This document shows positions 58,496-64,000 of a stretch of 64,000 nt of DNA, piece by piece (within the stretch, counting starts at the first letter, position 1; each line of letters begins with the position of its first letter). The position numbers and the translations under genes were made by a program. The notes under the pieces were generated by a model. That model ran no database searches. It was not told where the DNA came from and worked only from the letters and a program-made list of their open reading frames with translations. The stretch is from an uncultured Candidatus Saccharibacteria bacterium (lineage in GTDB: Bacteria > Patescibacteriota > Minisyncoccia > Phycocordibacterales > UBA5272), in contig CAZFBW010000002.1 of assembly GCA_964517625.1 (NCBI GenBank), forward strand, positions 25,893 to 89,892, read 5' to 3'.

Positions 58496-58819
58496 ATGAA
58501 AGACCAAGAATTTGTTGAGTACGTGGTTAAAGCATTAGTAGATAATCCGGACAAAGTGCATGTCGATAGGCGAGTTGATGAAATGGGGGTTCTCATCACT
58601 CTTGATGTTGCAGGGGAGGATATGGGCAAAATCATCGGTCGTGATGGTGCAACTGCCAAAGCGCTCCGCACCCTCCTTCGTGTTGTGGGTATGAAGAACA
58701 ACGCGCGCGTGAATTTAAAAATAAATGAACCAGAAGGACGGGAAGCTTTTCGTCCACGTCATCAGACATATGATATGACCGATGTTGATGCAGTGATGAA
58801 TGATTTGAAGGGGATATAG
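58496..58819 (+). CDS. KH-domain RNA-binding protein (UPF0109/YlqC family)
   Basis: GKIIGRDGATAKALRTLL KH GXXG motif; follows rpsP as usual. Confidence 0.8.
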   Translation: MKDQEFVEYVVKALVDNPDKVHVDRRVDEMGVLITLDVAGEDMGKIIGRDGATAKALRTLLRVVGMKNNARVNLKINEPEGREAFRPRHQTYDMTDVDAVMNDLKGI

Positions 58820-58849
58820 GCACAGACTTTAGACAACAGATAAAAGACA

Positions 58850-58877
58850 AAAAAAGCGCGCCGTAGGCGCGCTTTTG
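58850..58877. terminator. bidirectional terminator (A5-GCGCGCC-gta-GGCGCGC-T4)
   Basis: Seen directly. Confidence 0.6.
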
Positions 58878-58879
58878 AA

Positions 58880-59266
58880 TCAAGATTGTGTTTTTTTGAA
58901 AATCGGAATGAACGGCTTCCACCCGTGTTGCAAGCGCCGTCCCTCCTCAATCAAAAACAAACAGATGATGATGTACAAGAAGGATAAGCCATACATGTGT
59001 AATATTTGTAGCAGGTGCATACCAACTAATGCGGGGGGTATTGCTAGAAATTTACTAGAAAGAGAATCAAGATTAGAACGGTTCTCTTTTACCCACTCAG
59101 GGTCTCTTAGCTTGCTTCTTAATTTAACGTAAGAGATTATAAGGTAAAGGATTATCATTCCGTCCACGATGTATTCTGTTGCGTCAAATGTGAGTGTACG
59201 TCCGTAGAAAAAACCAGCAATGAATGAAAGAACAACAAAAATATGAGTAAGGGTATCTTTCGACAT
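58880..59266 (-). CDS. hypothetical membrane protein
   Basis: 128 aa, 3-4 TM helices; antisense insertion within the rpsP...trmD block. Confidence 0.35.
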   Translation of the reverse strand: MSKDTLTHIFVVLSFIAGFFYGRTLTFDATEYIVDGMIILYLIISYVKLRSKLRDPEWVKENRSNLDSLSSKFLAIPPALVGMHLLQILHMYGLSFLYIIICLFLIEEGRRLQHGWKPFIPIFKKTQS

Positions 59267-59343
59267 CCGTCTCTCCTTAGTGAACCTTGGAAAAGGGCCG
59301 TTTTACACACTACTTATTTTTATTTGTATTGTCAATAAATGAA

Positions 59344-59369
59344 ACGTGCGCTCCAGGAGGAGCGCACGT
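59344..59369 (-). terminator. hairpin ACGTGCGCTCC-agga-GGAGCGCACGT
   Basis: 11-bp perfect stem downstream (minus strand) of the 59376-59585 gene. Confidence 0.35.
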
Positions 59370-59375
59370 GACCAA

Positions 59376-59585
59376 CTACTTGTAGAGTCTTGCTTCTGGG
59401 ACGATGAAGAAGGTGGCGACCGCGGCGATGAACACCATGCCGACGATCCAACCCCTGTCATCTTGATTTTTCGAAAACGCAAGGGCGAAGCCGATGAGTC
59501 CAACTGCACCCCACATGACACACAGCAAAATGATGATGTCACGCATACCTGTATCTCCTCGGGTAGAAATTAAAAATCCCCACAC
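59376..59585 (-). CDS. hypothetical small membrane protein
   Basis: 69 aa, two TM helices. Confidence 0.3.
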   Translation of the reverse strand: MWGFLISTRGDTGMRDIIILLCVMWGAVGLIGFALAFSKNQDDRGWIVGMVFIAAVATFFIVPEARLYK

Positions 59586-59620
59586 AAAACACGTAAGGAA
59601 CCCACTTGTTATTATATACT

Positions 59621-59629
59621 ATTTTTGGT
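59621..59629 (+). promoter_or_regulatory. extended -10 TGGTATACT upstream of trmD
   Basis: Lies inside the ORF-track N-terminal extension (59606), so the start at 59645 is preferred. Confidence 0.45.
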
Positions 59630-59644
59630 ATACTGTCAAGATAT

Positions 59645-60316
59645 ATGCGATTTCATGTGGTAACCATTTTCCCAAATATGTTCGATTCATACTTTGCTGA
59701 GTCGATTATTTCGCGCGCCATTAAAAATAAATTAATTGAAATCAAAACGTATTCGCTTCGTGAGTATACAAAGGACAAACACAGACGCGTTGACGGTAAG
59801 CCATACGGTGGAGGACCGGGCATGGTTATGTGGGTGGACCCGCTTATTCGAGTTGTGGATTCAATTCAAAAACAGTGCGCACGCAAAAAATCTGCGAAAA
59901 TAAAAGTAATTATTTTTTCTCCGGGTGGAAAACAATTTACGAACACTGTCGCAACACAGGTAGAAGAAAAGTATACGGATATTGTTTTCATTTGTGGTCG
60001 TTATGAAGGAATTGACGCGCGTGTAAAAAAGATTTTGAAAGCGGAAGAGTGGAGTATTGGTCCATATGTACTTACAGGAGGGGAATTGCCTGCGATGATT
60101 GCAATTGATGCGATATCACGTCGTGTTAAAGGAGTGCTTCATGACGAAGATTCGCTTGAGGAAAAACGTGTAGCAAGTCATGAAATGTACGCGCGCCCAG
60201 AAGTGTATGAGTACAAAGGTAAAAAATATCGTGTACCAAAAGTGCTTTTGTCTGGAAACCACAAATTGATTGAAGAGTATCGTAAAAAGAAAGAAAACAC
60301 TGTCGGGAAAAAGTAG
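59645..60316 (+). CDS. trmD: tRNA (guanine37-N1)-methyltransferase
   Basis: MRFHVVTIFPNMF N-terminus, GGGPGMVM motif. Confidence 0.9.
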   Translation: MRFHVVTIFPNMFDSYFAESIISRAIKNKLIEIKTYSLREYTKDKHRRVDGKPYGGGPGMVMWVDPLIRVVDSIQKQCARKKSAKIKVIIFSPGGKQFTNTVATQVEEKYTDIVFICGRYEGIDARVKKILKAEEWSIGPYVLTGGELPAMIAIDAISRRVKGVLHDEDSLEEKRVASHEMYARPEVYEYKGKKYRVPKVLLSGNHKLIEEYRKKKENTVGKK

Positions 60317-60318
60317 GT

Positions 60319-60531
60319 ATGTACATCAAAATAAAAGTCGTACCTGATGCGCGGGAGGAAAAAGTTGAGAAGCTAAAAGATGACGAATTTCGTATTTGGG
60401 TGAAGCTTCCAGCAGAAAATAATGTTGCGAACAACAGGGTTTTAGAGATTGTTCGTGGGATGTATCCAAACAAGGGAGTGCGCATCATAAGTGGCCATTA
60501 CAGCCCCTCAAAAATAATTTCTATCGGCTAG
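60319..60531 (+). CDS. DUF167 (YggU/UPF0235) family protein
   Basis: 70 aa, KIKVVPDAREEKVE...FRIWVKLPAENNVANN pattern. Confidence 0.65.
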   Translation: MYIKIKVVPDAREEKVEKLKDDEFRIWVKLPAENNVANNRVLEIVRGMYPNKGVRIISGHYSPSKIISIG

Positions 60532-60618
60532 CGATTACTTACCAAGACAAGGTAACCCCATATCTTTTATATAGATAAGTATAGTTATATATTGTACATA
60601 ATGTAGTATACTTACAGT

Positions 60619-61206
60619 ATGATAGAAAGAAGTATTTTAGAAGATTTATATTACAAAGAGAAAAAATCAATGAAAGAGGTTGCAGATATTTTGCAATGCT
60701 CAGTACATAAAGTTTCGTATTGGATGGGGTATCACAATTTTGGTAGGAGATCTATTTCCGAAGGGGTATATATAAAAAACAATCCATACGGAGACCCTTT
60801 TATGTTTAGGCCACCATCCACAAAAAGCGAAGCGGTTCTTTATGGTGTGGGACTTGGACTTTATTGGGGGGAGGGTACAAAGGCAAATAAACACTCTATT
60901 CGTTTGGGAAATACGGATCCAAAACTTATTAAAAAATTTGTTCTTTTTCTTGAAACTTTTTTTGCAATAAGGAAAACTGAGATGCGATTTGGTCTCCAAA
61001 TTTTTAGCACCATGTCTGGTAGGGTAGCAACAGCTTTCTGGGCTAATGAATTAGGTGTTAGTCATAAGCAGTTTATGAAAACAGTTATTACGCCGGCGCG
61101 TAATTTAGGGACATATCATAAAAAAATAAAACACGGCGTTTTAACTGTCTATTTTCATAATAAAAAAGCACGAGATATATTGGTAAAAGAGATTGAAAAA
61201 CTTTGA
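60619..61206 (+). CDS. hypothetical HTH protein; possible LAGLIDADG-like homing-endonuclease relative
   Basis: N-terminal HTH-like KEVADILQCSVHKVSYWM; central GVGLGLYWGEGTKANKHSIRL resembles a single LAGLIDADG motif (weak); AT-rich upstream region; 44 nt upstream of an intron-containing tRNA. Confidence 0.3.
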   Translation: MIERSILEDLYYKEKKSMKEVADILQCSVHKVSYWMGYHNFGRRSISEGVYIKNNPYGDPFMFRPPSTKSEAVLYGVGLGLYWGEGTKANKHSIRLGNTDPKLIKKFVLFLETFFAIRKTEMRFGLQIFSTMSGRVATAFWANELGVSHKQFMKTVITPARNLGTYHKKIKHGVLTVYFHNKKARDILVKEIEKL

Positions 61207-61249
61207 AAAATAAGATAGAATTGTAATCACTTGTTAAAGCAAGAAACAA

Positions 61250-61528
61250 GCCAATGTAGCTCAGTTGGTAGAGCACGTCCATGGTAAATCGCATAGATTT
61301 TGCCCACACAGTCAGTAATGATTTTGTGAATCCCGAATAACGGTTAATAGCCAAACATAGGCCAAGACCGTGGCAGTGAGATGGTTTTATTTCACGGCCC
61401 GAACGACTGACAAGGGTATCCATTTTGTATGGATAAAGATACAGTCTAGCCCCCACATATGTGTTTTTAATAAATTGGGGTGAAAGCGAAGGACGAGGTC
61501 ATCGGTTCAATCCCGATCATTGGCTCCA
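61250..61528 (+). tRNA. tRNA-Thr (GGU) interrupted in the anticodon loop (between nt 36 and 37) by a 203-nt intron; CCA encoded
   Basis: Exon1 GCCAATGTAGCTCAGTTGGTAGAGCACGTCCATGGT (61250-61285) plus exon2 AAGGACGAGGTCATCGGTTCAATCCCGATCATTGGCTCCA (61489-61528) join into a perfect 76-nt cloverleaf: 7-bp acceptor, CGTCC/GGACG anticodon stem, loop AUGGUAA. Confidence 0.75.
61286..61488 (+). ncRNA. group-I-like self-splicing intron within tRNA-Thr
   Basis: 5' exon ends in U and the intron ends in G (omega-G); R-like AACGACUGACAAGGG and S-like AAGAUACAGUCUAGCC give a compensatory P7 pairing GACUG/CAGUC; 3' hairpin CCCCC...GGGG; no ORF inside. Confidence 0.55.
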
Positions 61529-61627
61529 ATTTCTGTACCACATGCTTTAGTTGTTGTTTGGTTGACACCAGCTACGTATTTTTGTTAGTTTAAATGTAGA
61601 GCAATCAACCAAGAGAGGAAACTGGTT

Positions 61628-62449
61628 ATGACATCAATGCCCGTTCATTTTATCGTTGTTCGTCACGGCGAGTCCATCGGAAATGCCGCCAAGCGTCTTG
61701 AAGAAAAAGGTGATACGTCACTCATCGAACGTTTGAAAGGTACACACACTGCGCACTGGCCACTTACCAAGAAAGGGAGGGAGCAGGCGCAAAAGACGGG
61801 TGAGTATCTCAATCGTCTCATGCACGAAGGGGGCTTTCATTTCGATAGGCTGTATGTCTCGTCATATGCTCGCGCGCGACAGACCGCAGCTGCACTTGAA
61901 CTTGTACGTGCGCGATGGCGCGTGGATACGAGAATCACCGAGCGTGATTGGGGTATTCTTGATCGGATGACAGAAGAGGAACGTCACGAGAAATTCGGTG
62001 AAGACATTCGCATGCGACATGTCGAACCTTTTTTCTGGTGTCCACCACAAGGTGAATCGATGAATGCTGTTGTTCTTCGTGTTCGCGATTTCATTGATTC
62101 GGTACACCGTGCAAACATTCCGACAACCGTAGTTGTTGTTTGCCACGGTGAAGTTGCCAAGGCGTTTCGTATCAACTTCTGTCAGCTAACCCCGGAAGAG
62201 TATGCGGAAATGGAATTCTCAAAGAATCCACTCGAACGCATTCACAATTGCCAAGTGGACCACTATTCAAGAAGGGGTCCGCATGATGAACTTTCTACTC
62301 GACTTGATTGGTTGCGTGTTTGTCGTCCGTCTGAAGGGCAGGATGTGGCAATTGACTGGAAACCGATTCCAAGGCGTGAGTACACCAACCATGAGATTGC
62401 CATCATGGGCGATCGGCTCTCGCAACAATTTTCTGATATCGGTATTTAA
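61628..62449 (+). CDS. histidine phosphatase family protein (phosphoglycerate-mutase-like)
   Basis: VVRHGESIGN (RHG catalytic motif), later CHGE; 273 aa. Confidence 0.75.
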   Translation: MTSMPVHFIVVRHGESIGNAAKRLEEKGDTSLIERLKGTHTAHWPLTKKGREQAQKTGEYLNRLMHEGGFHFDRLYVSSYARARQTAAALELVRARWRVDTRITERDWGILDRMTEEERHEKFGEDIRMRHVEPFFWCPPQGESMNAVVLRVRDFIDSVHRANIPTTVVVVCHGEVAKAFRINFCQLTPEEYAEMEFSKNPLERIHNCQVDHYSRRGPHDELSTRLDWLRVCRPSEGQDVAIDWKPIPRREYTNHEIAIMGDRLSQQFSDIGI

Positions 62450-62465
62450 ATCACCTGTGAGCACA

Positions 62466-62505
62466 AACCCCGTCAAACGTTTGATCGTTTCGGGGCTTTT
62501 TCTTT
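62466..62505 (+). terminator. compound hairpin (CCCCG...CGGGG with inner AAACG/CGTTT) plus T5
   Basis: Seen directly. Confidence 0.5.
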
Positions 62506-62600
62506 TACACAAAACCGTAATTGACACCAACCTTTGTGTCGCGCAGTCTACAGAAAGAGTGTTTCATTTTTAAAGACCATTCAAAAATTAAGGAGAGGTC

Positions 62601-63062
62601 ATGAAACATATTTTCAAAACTTGTGTTCTTGCATTGTTGGCAATTGCCACACTTCCGCTGTATGGTCAGGTGTTATCAAAGAAAACGACTGCCATCATTC
62701 AATGCATGCTTGCTGACTCCTGTAAGATGCCAATCACACTTCTTTCCCCACAAGGGGGTGCGCCAACTATTATTCTCCCTGTTGCAATAAGTAATTACAA
62801 GGAGGACACTCTTGTGTTCACTAAAGGTTCATTTGCGGCGCGAGAGTACAACATTGAAGCAGGTCTTCTTTCGTTTGTCATTGATTATGATTTCGACGGC
62901 ACTATTGATGCGACACACATTATAGACACAGGAGGTAAAACACTTGCTTACTTTCCAGCAAAGTTGATGACACAGGAAGAGAGAGACGGTTTTCAGAAAT
63001 ATTTCGATATTTCTATCGGCAAAGCCCTCGGACTCATTGGTCCTGATGGAAAGCATACTTGA
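62601..63062 (+). CDS. hypothetical secreted protein, paralog of the next gene
   Basis: Signal peptide MKHIFKTCVLALLAIATLPLYG; shared motifs DYDFDGTIDA and QKYFDISI with the next ORF; strong SD AAGGAGAGG. Confidence 0.4.
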   Translation: MKHIFKTCVLALLAIATLPLYGQVLSKKTTAIIQCMLADSCKMPITLLSPQGGAPTIILPVAISNYKEDTLVFTKGSFAAREYNIEAGLLSFVIDYDFDGTIDATHIIDTGGKTLAYFPAKLMTQEERDGFQKYFDISIGKALGLIGPDGKHT

Positions 63063-63078
63063 TAAAAAGGGGAGAACG

Positions 63079-63558
63079 ATGATCACGCACAGAATCATTG
63101 CATGGTCCTTAATTGTATTGATGCCTTTCTTTTTTATTGAGGGTGTTTACGCTGGACAACCATCTCATACACAGGAAGTTATTCGTTGCATGAGAGAGGT
63201 AACTTGCGGGAGTCCGATGCGTCACATTTCTTTTGACGATGATATTCGAGGCTTTCTTCTGTATGTTTCTTCGGATGTAAAAACGAAGGATGATGTCCTG
63301 CTCATCAACAATGAGTGGCTGGCCGTGAGGAGGGTTGTTGAAAACAATGGAGAGGACACTACACTTATTCTCGACTATAACCTCGACGGCGTAATCGATG
63401 CAGCACAGTTTGCTCAAGAGAAAAATCCACTTGTTTACAGAAGAAAATCAGAAAATATGTCGAAAAAAGAAAGAGAAGAACTTCAAAATTATTTCGACAG
63501 CGTTATCACCAGGGCATACCTTATTAAGGCTCTTAGCCCAAACATTAAAAAACCTTGA
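63079..63558 (+). CDS. hypothetical secreted protein, paralog of the previous gene
   Basis: Start at MITHRII with SD AAAGGGGAG; signal-anchor then LDYNLDGVIDA and QNYFDSVI motifs. Confidence 0.4.
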   Translation: MITHRIIAWSLIVLMPFFFIEGVYAGQPSHTQEVIRCMREVTCGSPMRHISFDDDIRGFLLYVSSDVKTKDDVLLINNEWLAVRRVVENNGEDTTLILDYNLDGVIDAAQFAQEKNPLVYRRKSENMSKKEREELQNYFDSVITRAYLIKALSPNIKKP

Positions 63559-63577
63559 TGTGTAAAGATATATCACT

Positions 63578-63606
63578 ACCCGCACAGTTTTGTGCGGGTT
63601 TTTTGT
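63578..63606 (+). terminator. rho-independent terminator (ACCCGCACA-gttt-TGTGCGGGT-T6)
   Basis: Seen directly. Confidence 0.6.
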
Positions 63607-63651
63607 TTGCAAACAATGAGTACATGATATGCTAAAGAGATATTCATTTGT

Positions 63652-64000
63652 ATGCAACACGACTATAACAAAGAGGCACTAGACCTTCACAGAGAAAATC
63701 ACGGGAAAATAGAAATTGGCATTAAAGTTCCGCTTGCTAATCGCGACGACTTATCACGCGCGTATACGCCGGGAGTGGCGGAAGTTTGTCGAGAGATTGG
63801 AAAAGACAAATCACTTGCGTATGAGTACACCCTTAAAGCAAATACGGTTGCAATTGTAACTGACGGCTCGGCAATTTTAGGACTTGGAAATCTTGGTCCT
63901 GAAGCTGCGATTCCGGTTATGGAAGGAAAGGCAGCGATACTCAAAGCCTTTGCTGGTGTGGATGCGTTTCCAATTTGTTTAGACACACAAGACACAGAAG
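63652..64000 (+). CDS. NAD(P)-dependent malic enzyme, N-terminal part (3' truncated by window end)
   Basis: MQHDYNKEALDLHRENHGKIEIG...LSRAYTPGVAEVC...GNLGPEAAIPVMEGKAAILKAF; supersedes the minus-strand ORF 63699-63995. Confidence 0.8.
   Translation, partial: MQHDYNKEALDLHRENHGKIEIGIKVPLANRDDLSRAYTPGVAEVCREIGKDKSLAYEYTLKANTVAIVTDGSAILGLGNLGPEAAIPVMEGKAAILKAFAGVDAFPICLDTQDTE

Noticed and set aside
59606-59644. Upstream start for trmD
   Set aside because: It would include the extended -10 element TGGTATACT within the coding region; MRFHVVTIFP at 59645 matches the conserved TrmD N-terminus.
61088-61456. 122-aa minus-strand ORF
   Set aside because: It spans the tRNA-Thr 5' exon and intron; it is antisense to a structured RNA and has no coding signal.
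63699-63995. 98-aa minus-strand ORF from the six-frame track
   Set aside because: The + strand in the same region encodes a clear malic-enzyme N-terminus (LSRAYTPGVAEVC, GNLGPEAAIPVMEGKAA) starting at 63652; the minus ORF is antisense noise.

Overview
This 64-kb window looks like a chromosomal segment from a small, AT-leaning, gene-dense bacterium. It is probably a CPR/Patescibacteria-like genome; that is an inference from gene content and architecture, not a database match. Most of the window is housekeeping: gyrA, glyQS, rpmG, ligA, gatCA, gap, rpiB, an rpe-like gene, split transketolase, fba, leuS, mnmA, trhO, uppP, an SMC-like ATPase, rnr, rpsP, trmD and a 3' partial malic enzyme. Embedded in this are several notable features. 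(1) A complete type IV pilus / competence-pilus locus at ~12.4-23.7 kb: pilM-N-O, pilB, pilT, pilC, a major pilin, pilD and four minor pilins, with a divergent comFC upstream. (2) A tandem array of four paralogous small secreted two-helix proteins that resemble VirB2/TrbC-type T4SS pilins, directly after a membrane-anchored solute-binding-like protein (3.9-7.3 kb). (3) Three tRNA loci with unusual architecture: a tRNA-Thr(GGU) gene split by a ~203-nt group-I-like intron in the anticodon loop, immediately downstream of a possible HTH/LAGLIDADG-like gene; a tRNA-Trp whose 3' end is duplicated ~156 bp away, with an additional inverted copy; and a tRNA-fMet/Met/Asp cluster with interleaved hairpins and a tRNA-Asp 5' pseudo-fragment. 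(4) Several CPR-style hypothetical proteins. Many genes are preceded by an extended -10 element (TGGTAnAmT) and lack a Shine-Dalgarno sequence. No CRISPR array, rRNA or obvious transposase was seen.
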